Below, one piece after another: positions 14,371-39,960 of a stretch of DNA of 64,000 bases. The first letter of the stretch is position 1. Every line of letters begins with the position of its first letter. The position numbers were made by a program, and so were the translations under genes. The notes beneath the pieces are model-generated. The model was not told the DNA's origin. It saw only the letters and a program-made list of their open reading frames with translations, and searched no databases. The DNA is from the human T2T-CHM13v2.0 reference genome, Homo sapiens, in assembly GCF_009914755.1 (NCBI RefSeq), contig NC_060941.1. The stretch is one strand, 5' to 3'.

Positions 14371-15014
14371 AAGAAATATGACTTAGTTCCTAGACATCTT
14401 TATCATTGAAAAATAATTCCCAAAATGACAGACATTGGCTTGTGTAGGACTCTAGAAATTTGTATGCATAGACACTGGAACAGCCAACAGGAAAGGACTA
14501 GAAAGAAATGGCCCTGTTTCAGAATGGTGGTACTCAAATTTTCCAGCTAATGGTACATACCAAAGTTTGAAAGTCAAATACAATACAAGCCTTATTAGAA
14601 TTAGAAAGAAATAACAAAAAAAAATAGCAGTCCAGTTTAAACCACCCCTCTGTAATCCTGACTCCCAATTGTCAGAGGCAACACTATTAAGTCTTGTAAT
14701 TATTTCTTCTGGTATTTACCTCCATATTTCTAAGTAACATTCATACTATTATTTCATGATTTTTTTTTCAAGTGTAGGCACTATATAAATTTAGACAAAT
14801 ACTGACTTCCATTCACTTTCTCTCCCTTTTTTTTTTTTTTTTTTTGAGACAGAGTTTCACTCTTGTTGCCCAGGCTGGAGTGCAATGGCACGATCTCGGC
14901 TCACCGCAACCTCCACCTCCTGGGTTCAAACGATTCTTCTGCCTCAGCCTCCAAGTAGCTGGGATTACTGGCATGCACCACCACGCCCGGCTAATTTTTG
15001 TATTTTTTTAGTAG

Positions 15015-15419
<405 letters not shown>

Positions 15420-15761
15420 TGATCCTCCTGCCTCCCGGCCTCCCAAAGTGCTGGGATTATAGGCATGAGCCACCATGCCCAGCCAATGCTTATACTTTAA
15501 ATATTGTTTAACAGCTTAACATTTAGTGCTACTAAGATTACATTTCCTTTCTTATACAACTTTTTTCCTAGCTATTTTTTATATGCTTATTTTTTTAAGC
15601 ACTTACCAGCAATTTGGCCACAAGTTTACAGAACAGTAAAACTCTGCTCAGAATGGTCAAACACACTAGGCAGTTTATCTATTTCCGTTTTTCCTTAGAG
15701 ACATTGTTGCTGAAGCCCTCTGTCCTGTCCTTCTGCGGCAGTCTTCACTGGCTGTGAGCCT

Positions 15762-16378
15762 CAGGTCAGCAAACTACTGCTTTTATAGAGCTTGTGAGCT
15801 AAGAATGATTTATAACTTCTAACAGTTAAAAAAAAATCAAAAGAGGAACAATATTTTGTGACACATGAAAAGTATATCAAATTTGGCCGGGCGCAGTGGC
15901 TCATGCCTGTAATCCCAGCACTTTGGGAGGCCAAGGCTGATGGATCTCGACGTCAGGAGTTCAAGACCAGCCTGGCCAAGATGGGGAAACCCCGTCTCTA
16001 CTAAAAATACAAAACTTAGCCTGGCGCCGTGGCAGGCGCCTGTAATCCCAACTACTCAGGAGGCTGAGGCAGGAGAATCACTTGAACTTGGGGGGTGGGC
16101 GGAGGTTGCAGTGAGCTGAGATCATGCCACTGCACTCCAGCCTGGGCGACAGAGTGAGACTCCATCTTAAAAAAAAGAAAAACATAAAAGTATATGAAAT
16201 TCAAATTTCAGTCATAAATAAAATTTTATTAGACACAGCTCCTTTGCTTGAGTATTGTCTATGACTGCCTTGGTGCTACCCTGGCAGGGTTGAGCAGTTG
16301 CAGCAGAGACCATATGGCCTGCAAAACCTGAAATATTTACTTTCTGGTTCTTTACAAAAAAGGTTTGTTGACCCCTGT
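15762..16378. mobile_element. MER58-like hAT-Charlie element interrupted by an Alu (about 15885-16180)
   Basis: CAGGTCAGCAAACTA start and GTTTGTTGACCCCTG end form terminal inverted repeats, with characteristic internal sequence. Confidence 0.65.
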
Positions 16379-16825
16379 CCTAAGCTTGCTCAAAGCTGTT
16401 TCCCCTAGATTTTTTTATCACCATTATCCTGAAAATTCTTATCTTTTATCTTAATTCTTTCCTCACACCTGACTGAAAGTTTGGCCTAATATAGAATTCT
16501 ATGATGGGGCCGGGCGTAGTGGCTCATTTCTGTAATCCCAGCACTTTGGGAGGCTGAGGTAGGAGGACTGCTTGAGCACAGGAGTTTAAGACCAGCCTGG
16601 GCAACAGAAAAAGAATGGGGGAGGACTGTGAAGGATCAGATGGAAGACAAAGAAAAGGAAGATGCTAGGAAATTTCGGATTCTAGGGCTCCCAATCAGTG
16701 GACTCAGCCTTAGATAGAAGTTTCCAGTGGCATTTGTCTATAGAAGGTCCTGGCCGTACAGGACTTCAAGACCAGCCTGGCCAACATGGTGAAACCCCAT
16801 CTCTACTAAAAATAAATAAATTTTA

Positions 16826-17325
<500 letters not shown>

Positions 17326-17609
17326 TAGCCAGGATGGTCTCGATCTCCTGACCTCATGATCTGCCCGCCTTGGCCTCCCAAAGTGCTGGGATTACAGGCG
17401 TGAGCCACCGCGCGTCCGGTCTGGTTTTGTTTGTTTATGTGTTTGTTTGTTTTGGAAACAAGGTCCCCCTCTGTTGCCCAGGCTGGAGTGCAGTGGCACA
17501 ATAATAGTTCATTGCAGCCTCAAACTCCTAGGCTCATGTGATCCTCCCAGCTCAGCCTCCTGAATAGCTCGGACTACAGGCTTGTGTTGTTTTAAATTAA
17601 AAAAAATCA

Positions 17610-18023
<414 letters not shown>

Positions 18024-19100
18024 CTATGTTTTGGTGTGTTTTCTAAGCCCGTAAGGACAATTAAGAAAAGCACCTTGTCAAATTGGGACCTGATAGTTAG
18101 TCCAATTAGATGTTATCAGGAATCTATTTCTAGAAGGGCTGTCAATATATGCACTGCCACTATTTGCCATTAGGGGTGCCCTCTGCAAATCATGGAACCA
18201 AGCCAGCGCTCAGTTTTTACAACCTGCAACAGGGTAGTGGGGGTTCATCAGCCAGTGGAATCTGAGAGCTGAGCAAGTATAGTGCTGCATACCAAGTGCT
18301 GAAAGGTTACTGAGTGAACAAAAGTGGAATGAATGTGTATTTTAAAGGCCAATTGTTCCCATTCAAATCTGAGTTTGAAGGGAAGGAGGCCCAGGCCTTG
18401 AGATCATTTTCAGTTCTGCTACTTGAATAACAACATCTTTGTTCCTCAAGTAGCAACAACTAAAAGCAGCAAAGCCCTTCTGGAACTTCAGCTCAAACTA
18501 GCTGTGACTTAATTTTCTTCAGAAAAGGATCCAGATTGAAATGTGAATATACTAGATAATGTTTTTGTTTTGTTTTTTCATTTTGTACCACAGCAAGAAG
18601 GACCCTTTTATTAAAAGTTTCCAAAATGTTCACTTGGTCACAACCAAGATAATGTTAACATATATTTAATGGTAATATATTTAATGTTAAATTGATCATT
18701 ATGATATATACTTATATAGATATATGTTAGTGTATAGCATATTAGTGTGTATAGCATCTTAGAAAGAACAGATATATTTATATAAAAATATTTGTTACAT
18801 TCTTAAGTACAAAGCAGCTTTTATTCTCTTGATAATTCTTGATTATATCCCGACATTTGTATAAAAAATTCACTTTATTTAGACAGATCCTAATTTGCTG
18901 TTAGTGTATCAAGTGGCATTGCCACTTTTTATTTTTTTATTTTTTAAATTTTATTTTGATTATTTTAAAATTGACCTATAGGACCGGGCGCGGTGGCTTA
19001 TGCCTGTAATCCCAGCACTTTGGGAGGCCGAGGCAGGCAGATCACGAGGTCAGGAGATCGAGACGATCCTGGCTAACATGGTGAAACCCCGTCCCCACTA

Positions 19101-19262
<162 letters not shown>

Positions 19263-19523
19263 CTAAATAAATAAATAAATTGACCAATAATAATTATACA
19301 TATTTGTGGGGTACACAGTGATGTTTTGATACATATAATGTATAGTGAATAGGTCAGGGTAGTTAGTATATCCATCATCTTCAACATGTCATTTATTTGT
19401 GTTAGTAAAATTCAATGCACTCCTTCTAGCTATTTGAAACTAGATAATATATTATTGTTAACTATAGTCATCCTACAGTGCCATAGAACACTAGAACTTA
19501 TTCCTGCTATCTAGCTGTAATTA

Positions 19524-20133
19524 TATTACTGGAAAGGGGTCCCAATCCAGACCCCAAAAGAGGATTCTTGTACCTTGTGCAAGCAAAAATTCAGGACAAG
19601 TCCATAAAGGGCAAGCATGTCTATTAAGAAAGTAAAGGAATAAAAAAATGGCTATTCCATAGGCAGAGCAGTGGCATGGGCTGCTCAACTGAGTATACTT
19701 ATATCTTGATTATATGCTAAACAAGGGGTGGATTATTCATGAGTTTTCTGGGGAAAGGGTGGGGATTTCCCAGAACTGAGGGTTCCTTCCCTTTTTAGAC
19801 TATATAGGGTAACTTCCAGACATTACCATGGCATTTGTAAACTGTCTTGGTGCTGGTGGGAGTGTCTTTTAGCATGCAAATGCATTATAACTAGTGTATA
19901 ATGAGCAGTAAGGACAATCAGAGGCCACTTTCATTGCTCTCTTGGTTTTGGCCACGTTCTTTACTGCATCCTGTTTTATCAGAAGGGTCTTTGAGGCCTG
20001 TATCTTGTGCCAACCTCCTATCTCATCCTGTGACTAAGAATGTCTAACGTCCTGGGAATGCAGCACAGTAGGTCTTAGCCTCATTTTACCCAGCTCCTAT
20101 TCAAGATTGAGTTGCTGTGGTTCAAATGTCTCT
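19524..20133 (-). mobile_element. MER41-family ERV1 solo LTR inserted in an old L1 3' fragment
   Basis: Both ends match the reverse complement of MER41 termini as I recall them (GGAAAGGGGTCCCAATCCAGACCCC...; ...CCTATTCAAGATTGAGTTGCTGTGGTTCAAA). Confidence 0.8.
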
Positions 20134-20236
20134 ATTTTGTATCCTTTAACCAATCTTTCCCTATTCCTCCTTCCTCCCCACCTTTCCCAGTATCCTGGGA
20201 AAGATACTATCCCTCTAGTATCCTCTGTTCTACTAG

Positions 20237-20506
<270 letters not shown>

Positions 20507-20605
20507 TGATCTGCCCACCTCGGCCTCCCAAAGTGCTGGGATTACAGACGTGAGCCACCACACCCAGCCGGTGATGTTTTTAAATGCTTTAAAATAACTC
20601 TTTTA

Positions 20606-20857
<252 letters not shown>

Positions 20858-21181
20858 TTACAGTGTATTGCCTATTTAATCTAGTGTCACACCACAGCGT
20901 ATTAGAAAGAACATGGAAGACTTACAGGTTTGGACTTACTGCATTGCATTGACAGATTGTCTAATCTTTTTTATCCTCAGTTTATTCTTCTGTAAAAACG
21001 GGAATAAAAATCCTCCTTGTCAGGGATAATACCTTGCAGGATAGTAAGGGTTAACTGAAAAGATGTATGTGAAGATACCTAACAGTAAAGGGGTATTGAA
21101 TAAATGGTTAATGTTGTTTCCTTATCTTCTCACTACCAATTCCACCTGTCACAGTGGATGCTCAGTAGATGCTGCTGGTAA

Positions 21182-21376
<195 letters not shown>

Positions 21377-21852
21377 TAGTAGAGACGGGGTTTCTCCACG
21401 TTGGTCAGGCTGGTCTCGAACTCCTGACCTCAGGTGATTCACCCGCCTCGGCCTCCCAAAGTGCTGAGATTACAGGCATGAGCCACCACACCTGGCCAAC
21501 ATATTATTTTAATAACTGACTATAACCCACCTACAGCCATTTTCGCTACTATAAAGAAAGGAAAATTCATTTAACTTAATGAAGAAAAGCAACACAAGCA
21601 AAACAAACTGAGAGAGTAATATAATGCCAAGACCAAGATCTCTCCAGAGATAGTTTAAATCTGTGTTTACATTTTCCCCTACTTCAGGGCTCTTCTGGGA
21701 TGCTGGTAGTGACCTATTTCTTAACCAAGATGGTGGTTTCAAGGGTGTGTTCATGGTATAATTCATTAACTATACACTTAAGATTTGTGTACTTTCTATA
21801 TGTATATATTATTCTTCAATTAAAAATGTAAAAAAATTTCTCTGCAGAAATC

Positions 21853-21980
21853 ATGCCCAAGTTCAAACAACGAAGACGAAAGCTAAAAGCCAAAGCCGAA
21901 AGATTATTCAAAAAAAAAGAAGCCTCTCACTTTCAGTCCAAGCTAATTACACCTCCTCCTCCACCACCCTCACCAGAAAG
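21853..21980 (+). CDS. PRR11: PRR11 (proline rich 11) exon 2, start codon; [42 protein letters not shown]
   Basis: Acceptor TCTGCAG ends at 21847, ATG at 21853, donor GTAAGG at 21981; phase 2. Confidence 0.95.
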
Positions 21981-22035
21981 GTAAGGCTTAATGTGGAACA
22001 GAAAAAATATTAGAGAGATCTGATCAGTTTAAGAT

Positions 22036-22482
<447 letters not shown>

Positions 22483-23076
22483 AATTTTTTATTTTAATTT
22501 TTATTTATTTATTTACTTTTGAGACTGAGTCTTACTCTGTCACTTAAGCTGGAGTGCAGTAGCATGATCAAGGCTCACTGCAGCCTTGATTTCCTGGGCT
22601 CAAGAGATCTTCCCACTCTGTCTCCAAAACAAACAAACAAAACCTCTAGCTTGGGATTGGCCTTCTCTTCTATTATTTTTCTTTTTAAAAAAAATTTTAA
22701 AAAATAGATGTTGATGCTGTGTTGCCCAGGCTGGCCTCAAACTCCTGGCCTCAAGTGATCCTCCCACCATGACCTCCAAAAGTGCTGGGAATGTAGGTGT
22801 GAGCACTGTACCCACCCTCATGTTTTTTTCTACATAAAAAATAATGCAGGATTATCTTCTAGAGCTAATTAGTATGATCAAATAACCAAAACCCCATTAA
22901 GGAAAAATGTCACATGACAGCAAATAATCAATCCAGACCAATATGATCACACTCACTGTGAAGGTGAGAAAACTTCATCTTTATTACGTTTCCCCAACAG
23001 ACGCACTGCATTGTTCTCTTGAAAACACACAGCTCATGTCCTCCTTTAAAACCCACATCCTCTTTAAAGTAACACA

Positions 23077-24200
<1,124 letters not shown>

Positions 24201-24451
24201 GTGTATGAAGCTATCTGTTACAGTCTATGGCACTCATATTTTTACAAAGAATTCTGTGCTAATCTGAGTGTCTGCACTGTGCCTTCAAATGCTCTTGGAC
24301 TGTGGCAACCAAGTCCATAGGAAAGAGGACCTCCAGGTTCCGCCCCAGGGAGGTTGGAATTCAGCGGTATAAAAATAGAGGTGGTGGTGCAGAAAGGGGT
24401 GGAACCAGAAACACCCCTGGTTTCTCACTGTTCTCTATGGATTCCTAGAAG

Positions 24452-25838
24452 TGAGAGGTGACAGCGTGCTGGCAGCCCTCGCTCGCTTTCCGTGCCTCCT
24501 CACCTGGGCGCCCACTCTGGCCAGCCTTGAGGAGCCCTTCAGCCCGCCGCTGCACTGTGGGAGCCCCTTTCTGGGCTGGCCAAGGCCGGAGCCAGCTCCC
24601 TCAGCTTGCGGGGAGGTGTCAAGGAAGAGGCACGGGCGGGAACCGGGGCTGCGCGCTGCGCTTGCATGCCAGCTTGAGTTCTGGGTGGGCGTGGTTTGGC
24701 GGCCCCCACACTCTGAGCTGTCGGCTGCCCCGGCCAGCCCGGGCAGTGAGGGGCTTAGCAACCGGACCAGCAGCTGCAGGGGGTGCGCGGGGTCACCCAG
24801 CAGTGCTGGCCCACTGGCGCTGTGCTCGATTTCTCGCCGGGCCTCAGCTGCCTCCCCGTGGGGCAGGGCTCGGGACCTGCAGCCCGCCATGCCTGAGTCT
24901 TCCCTGCCATGGTGGGCCCCTGCACCACCTGAGTCTCCCTGACGAGCGCCGCCCCCTGCTCCACAGCACCCATCGCATGCCCGCCCAAGGGCTGAGGAGT
25001 GTGGGCACATGGCGCAGGGCTGGCAGGCAGCTCCAACTGCCCTCCCGGTGCGAGATCCACTGGGTGAAGCCAGCTGGGCTCCTGAGTCTAGTGGGGACTT
25101 GGAGAATATTTATGTCTAGCTAAGGGATTGTGAATGCACCAATCGGCACTCTGTATCTAGCTCGAGGTTTGTAAACACACCAATCAACACTCTGTGTCTA
25201 GCTCAGGGTTTCTAAATACAGCAATTGACACTCTGTATCTAGCTAATCTAGTGGGGACATGGATAACTTTTGTGTCTAGCTCAGGGATTGTAAAGGCACC
25301 AATCAGCACCCTGTGAAAATGGACCAATCAGCTCTCTGTAAAACAGACCAATCGGCTCTCTGTAAAATGGACCAATCAGCAGGATGTGGGTGGGGCCAGA
25401 TAAGAATAAAAGCAGGCTGCCCAAGCCAGTAGTGGCAACCGGTGGGGGCCACTTTCACGCTGTGGAAGGTTTGTTCTTTGGCACTTTGCAATGAATCTTG
25501 CTACTGGTCACTCTTTGGGTCCGCACTGCCTTTATGAGCTGTAACACTCACCATGAAGGTCTGCAGCTTCACTTCTGAAGCCAGTGAGACCACGAACCCA
25601 CCGGGAGGAACGAATAACTCCAGACGCCCTGCCTTAAGAGCTGTAACACTCACCGCGAAGGTCTGCAGCTTCACTACTGAAGCCAGCAAGACCACGAACC
25701 CGCCAGAAGGCTGAACACATCTGAACATCAGAAGGAACAAACTCCGGACACGCCACCTTTAAGAACTGTAACATGGCGAGGGTTGGCAGCTTCATTTTTG
25801 AAGTCGGTGAAACCAAGAACCCACCAATTCCAGACACA
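24452..25838 (+). mobile_element. LTR12 (ERV9) solo LTR, LTR12C/E-like
   Basis: Starts TGAGAGGTGACAGCGTGCTGG and ends CCAATTCCAGACACA (TG...CA). There is a 4-bp target-site duplication GAAG (24448-24451 and 25839-25842), tandem CCAAT repeats, a GATA site with AATAAA-type TATA at about 25398-25410, and U5 tandem repeats. Confidence 0.93.
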
Positions 25839-26877
25839 GAAGTACCCCCCTGGTTCTGGGAGGACGACTTGATCACTCTATTCAGCTCCGTCTAGAACAG
25901 TCCAGGTTCTTCTAGATGATCTGCACAAATGGCTCCTCTCCTCCTTCCTGGTGTCTGTCATTAGCAATGGAATAAAGTTCCTGCTGAAAATTCACATCTC
26001 CCCTGGATCCGGTGTTCTGGAAGTGAGAGAGAGGATGTCATACTTAAAGGAGGCGGCTCTCTAGACAGGAAGGTTATTCACGTCCCACATCAAGTCTAAC
26101 TAGAGTTCAGAGCAGTTGAGAAATCAAATTTTATCTCCTGTCCTTCATTCTATAGCCTGCTTCTGAACCATCGTGTTCAGCTGTGAAACTCACAGTTTGG
26201 TAACCCTGACTCCAAAACTCACTCAATATACCCAAGGTCAGCCCCAGTGATCTGCTTCATAGCAAGGACTTTGGGTGGGTCTGCCCAGGGAGTAGGGCAC
26301 CCTCAAAGAATGTGGCTTTGGACTTCATCACAACTGGGGCCTTTTGCATTACTTAAGAGCTAAACTCGTAACCATGCTAGATCCGTTTCTAATGTGACAA
26401 CATCACAAACCCTGAGTCCAGAAGCCTAATCCATAATCCTACCTCCTCATGATGAAGTCTCATGCTCTGTGCTGAACGTGGTTAGCTGCACAAGATGTGA
26501 ACCAAAGCTTCACTGAACCCTCGACCCAAATCGGTAACTCAAGTGTGTCAATCATAATGAACCTCCCCGAACTCAGTATTTATGATTATTTTTGAGTCAG
26601 GGTCTCACTCTGTTGCTCGGGCTGGAGTGCAGTGGCAGGATCAGGGCTCCCTGCAGCCCCAACCTCCCAGGCTCCAGTGATCCTCCCACATCACCTGGCT
26701 AATTTTTGTATTTTTATGGAGAGGGGATCTCGCCATGTTGCCCAGGCTCGAAGCCGGATCAAGCAATTGGGTTCCTCGGATTTCCAAAATAGACCCCAAT
26801 ATTCTGCCTTTACCCCAGAGGACACAGATGTACCTTCCCTCAGGCTGATGACCTCAGGCCTCACAGTCCCTGGAGCT

Positions 26878-34957
<8,080 letters not shown>

Positions 34958-37153
34958 GATCTTTCCCAAAATCTATCCCAACCCACGGAACCTAGTCTCT
35001 GTTCTATCCAAGGCCTTCTTCTGGACTCTGCTAGGACCCAGAAGGTGTGTTATCAATTCTCGAGGCTGAGAGAAGTCAGGAGTGGAGAACAGCTCTGAGA
35101 AGATGCAGTTGTCCACTTGAGCTCCCAGATGCCCATGGAGTCCAGTCCTTCCAATCAGGAAGGTTGGAATCTCTGATGTCATTGGTCATTCCAACCTGGC
35201 AACCAGTTTGAAGAAAAACACATGTAACTGCCAGGCTGGTCTCTTGTCCTGGAGATCCTGGGTGAATGGTATCTCCTGCCACTGTCCCAACCTCAGACCA
35301 CCATCCAAAAGCATCTTCAGGGTCTCCGCATCCATCTGTTCCCTGTCCCAGCAGAGGCTGTGTCTTCTCCACTCAAAGCCTGAAGCATTTTGGGGTCTCC
35401 TCTTCTCTGTACATGCCCATTTCAGAGTCCAGTCTGGTGGGAGAGGGAGGGTGGGAAAGAAAACTAGGGTAAGCAGAAACTATGAAACCTTACAAGTGTG
35501 AGATTATCATATACAAGAGATCCCAGGAACATTGACTTGATGAAAAAGTCACATCAGAGCACTCAATTTGGCAGAGCTTTTCTGCCGAATGTTTACTGAC
35601 ATTCACTGTCCGAGATTCTATACTGGGGGTACACGTGTCCTCTGCCGTAAGGCATCTTTGAGTCCAAGAGACATTTTGAGGCCTGAAAATCATAGGAAAC
35701 TGCCCATGAGCTCACTCATATTTCCAATGGTGTCCCCAGTTTCAGGGAGTCCATGGATTACCTAAGGCCAGCCCCTCCAGTTCGGCTAAGAAACTCTAGT
35801 CTATATATTAAGTTTTGTATCATATGTATTGCTCTGAACTCAGAAATTTCCCTACCATTTATGGATTCTATGAATAAAATATCGCATGTACAAAAAGACT
35901 AAGTCGAAAAATCTCAGCTGTGCACAGTGGCTCATGTTTGTAATCCCAGCACTTTGGGTGGCCAAGGGAGGAAGATTGCCTGAGGCCAGCAGTTCAAGAC
36001 CAGTGTAGGCAACATAGCATGACCCCATCTCTAAAAAAACAAAACCAAACCAAATTAGCCAGGTGTGGTGGCTGGCACCTTGTTCCAACTACTTGGGAGA
36101 CTCATGCGACAGGAAGATCGCTTGAGCCCAGGACTTAGAAGCTGCAGTGAGCTATGATCTTGCCACCGCACTCCAGTCTAGGCAACACAGCAAGACGTTG
36201 TGTCAAAAAAAATTTTTTTGATAAAAAATAAAAGAGTTGGATGACATTCAGAGACCATCCAAAAAACCTGTCAGTTCCTGGCCGGGCTCAGTGGCTCACG
36301 CCTGTAATCCCAGCACTTTGGGAGGCCAAAGGAAGTGGATCACTTGAGGTCAGGAGTGTGAGACCAGCCTGGCCAACATGGTGAAACCCCGTCTCTACTA
36401 AAAATACAAAAAATTAGCCAGGCATGGTGGCGGGTGCCTGTAATCCCAGCTACTCAGGAGCGGGGACTGGAGAATCACTTGAACTCGGGGTGCGGAGGTT
36501 GCCGTGAGCCAAGATCGCACCATTGCTCTCCAGCCTGGGCAACAAGAGCAAAACTCCGTCTCAAAAAAATAAACAAAGAACCTGTGAGTGAGTTCCCATA
36601 TGGCTTCCTAATGGGCTGTGGCTCTCCTAGGAGTCTCTTGCTCATGGGAAAGGCCCAAACTGAATGAGGAAGCAGATCCCATTGCTATGGAAGTCCCATT
36701 GGTAGGAAGCTCTGCTTTTCTGGAGTTCAAATTTCCATTCATGACGCTTTAAACCGCCAGAGCTGGGTGGGTCCTGACAAAACAGTTTGCTATCTCTCTC
36801 CTAGTTAACAGGCTTTCATATATTAGAAGATCAATGTTCTGACCCCATTAAAAGTTCTCTTTTGTGGAATGAAAAGCTCTGATTTAACCCATCTTCAAAC
36901 CTGGTTTGCATATTCTTCTCTCTTCTGGCACACCACCATGCCTGATTAAGTTTTTTTTTTTTTTTTTTTTTTTTTTGGCAGGGACAGGGTTTTGCCATGT
37001 TGCCGAGGCTAGTCTTGAACTCCTGGTCTCAAGCAATCTCCTCACCTCAGCCTCCCAAAGTGCTAGCAGTAGAGGCATGAGCCACCACACCAGGCCAAGG
37101 CTATTATTCTGACTTAGGGGTTTTTTATTTGTTTCATTTTGTTTTTCCTACAG

Positions 37154-37304
37154 AGTCGGTATTTCTTCAATAGATATATCTCAAAGCAGAAGCTGGCTAA
37201 CATCATCCTGGAACTTCAATTTTCCTAACATCAGAGATGCAATAAAACTTTGGACAAATAGAGTATGGTCTATATACAGCTGGTGCCAGAACTGCATAAC
37301 CCAG
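37154..37304 (+). CDS. PRR11: PRR11 exon 3 ([14 protein letters not shown]...WCQNCITQ)
   Basis: Acceptor CCTACAG and donor GTATGG; 151 nt, which restores frame after the phase-2 exon. Confidence 0.95.
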
Positions 37305-37539
37305 GTATGGATGTGACATCCCTGTTTTCAGTGCTATAGTTTTTCTACACACTTGGTGTTTATATACATATGTGCTCAAGTCAGTCCAACCCTCAAGCTA
37401 AACTTAGATAAGATGAAATTATTGAGTCAAGTCTGCCTTTGCTTCTATAAAAACATACATCAAGTCACTTTCTGGTTCCTGTTTTCTTGTCCTTATCATA
37501 TTACTCATAGGACTCAGAATTGTTTATTATTAATTTCAG

Positions 37540-37662
37540 AGTTTAGAAGTATTGAAAGACACCATCTTTCCATCTCGTATCTGCCACCGAGAACTTTACA
37601 GTGTAAAACAACAGTTTTGCATTTTGGAAAGTAAATTATGCAAGCTCCAGGAAGCACTGAAG
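37540..37662 (+). CDS. PRR11: PRR11 exon 4 ([10 protein letters not shown]...LQEALK)
   Basis: Acceptor TTTCAG and donor GTTGGT; 123 nt open. Confidence 0.93.
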
Positions 37663-38479
37663 GTTGGTATTGTCAAATAAAAAGCAAATCTGGAATTAGG
37701 TAAGGAGACACTTTTTTTGAAAAGACTATTGCAATAGGGAAAATGCTCAAGTCATAAGATTTATATCTCAAACATTAAGCGAAAAAGTTTTCTTTGTTAG
37801 CAAGGAATACAAAGGGTAGAACAAACTGGGTTATGGGGAAGTAAGATGAAGAGCTGGGATAATCTGATCAGATAGCTGATTGGATCAGGGAACATCTTTT
37901 CCTGAAGGTTCTTCAGCATACCAATGCTTGCTTAAGCCCAAGAATAGGTCAAGGTTCTAGGGCCTATGGGGAGGGCTAAATCCTGACTAAAGTTTGGTCA
38001 AGTTAGTAGATATATTGTCCAGATTGGTCAGTGGCAGTGAACAGTTCAGCTAATCACTTATGAGACAAAGAATGGGAATTTGGAGGGTCTGTGTCTGGCT
38101 TTGTCAGATAAATGAGGGAGCCATCCATAAAACTTATCTAACTGATGTGGAAAAAGTTGGTTCCACATCACTTCCAAAATAAAAAATTATTTCCTGGACA
38201 TAAAACTGTGGGAAGATTTTTGTTTGTTTGTTTGTTTCTAGAGATGGGATCTCACTATGTTGCCCAGCCTAGACTCCAACTCCTAACTCCTGGGCTCAAG
38301 TGATCCTCCTACCTCAGCCTCCCTTAGTAGCTGGGACTACAGGCTTGCACTATTGCACCCACCTAGGATGGGGAGATTTTTTGGCCATCCTTATTTTCCA
38401 GAATCACAGAGCTCAGGTGAAGTTCAATATTGTCAGTATTAAAGCAGAAGATCTGAAAAAAATTTTGCCAGCTGTTTGT

Positions 38480-38517
<38 letters not shown>

Positions 38518-39536
38518 CAGAATCTCACTCTGTTACACAGGCTAGAGTGCAGTGGCATGATCATGGCTCACTGCAACCTTGACCTACTGGCTCAAGGGAT
38601 CCTCCTGCCTCAGCCTCCCTTGTAGCTGGGACCAGAGGTGTGTGCCACCTGCCCGGCAAATTTTTTAGTTTTTTATAGGGATGGGGGTCTCACTTTGTTG
38701 CCCAGGCTAGTCTCAAACTCCTGGCCTCAAGTGATCCTCCTACCTCAGCCTCCCAAAGTGTTGGGATTGCAGGCGTGAGCCATGGCACCTGGCTTGTTTG
38801 TACATTTTTAAATAGCAAGTCAGACATAAAAATAAATTTATGCACAGCAAAATAAGATGCAAAAATATTTGCTCAAATATCAGGAAAAGGATTAATTATT
38901 GAATATATAAAGAACCACTACAAATCAATACAAAAAAGACCAACAACTTAGCAGTAAAATGAGGAAATAATATGAACACAGCATTCACCTAAATACAGGA
39001 ATACAAGCCAGGTACAGTGGTACACACTTATAATCCCAGCTACTCAAGAAACTGAAATGGTAGAATCACTTGAGCACAGAAGTTTGAGGCCATCCTGGGC
39101 AGAAAGAAAAGGAATACAAATGGTTCTTAAATACATGAGTAGGGCCAGGCACAGTGACTCATGCCTATAATCCCAGCAGTTTGGGAGGCCAAAACAGGCA
39201 GATCATCTGAGATCAGGAGAATCACTTGAACCCGGAAAGTGGAGACTGCTGTGAGCCGAGATCGTGCTGCTGCACTCCAGCCTGGGTGACAGAGCTAGAC
39301 TGTCTCAAAAATAAAATAAAATAAAAATAAAATAAAATAAAATAAATAAATACATGAGTAGGTGCTCAACTTCACTTAAGAGTGAATCAGGGGCTGGGCG
39401 CGGTGGCTTACCCCTGTAATCCCACCACTTTGGAAGACTGAGGAGGGTGGATCACTTGAGGTCAGGAGTTCAAGACTAGCCTAGCCAATGTGAAACCCCC
39501 TCTCTACTAAAATACAAAAATTAGCTGGGCTTGTTA

Positions 39537-39855
<319 letters not shown>

Positions 39856-39858
39856 TCA

Positions 39859-39960
<102 letters not shown>

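Noticed and set aside
24435-25123. Overlapping 100-220 aa ORFs on both strands
   Set aside because: They lie in the GC-rich U3 region of the LTR12, where stops are scarce, and show no protein-family features.
25130-25800. Regularly spaced short repeats that resemble a CRISPR-like array
   Set aside because: These are the standard ERV9 LTR enhancer and U5 tandem repeats, with no unique spacers, in a eukaryotic context.
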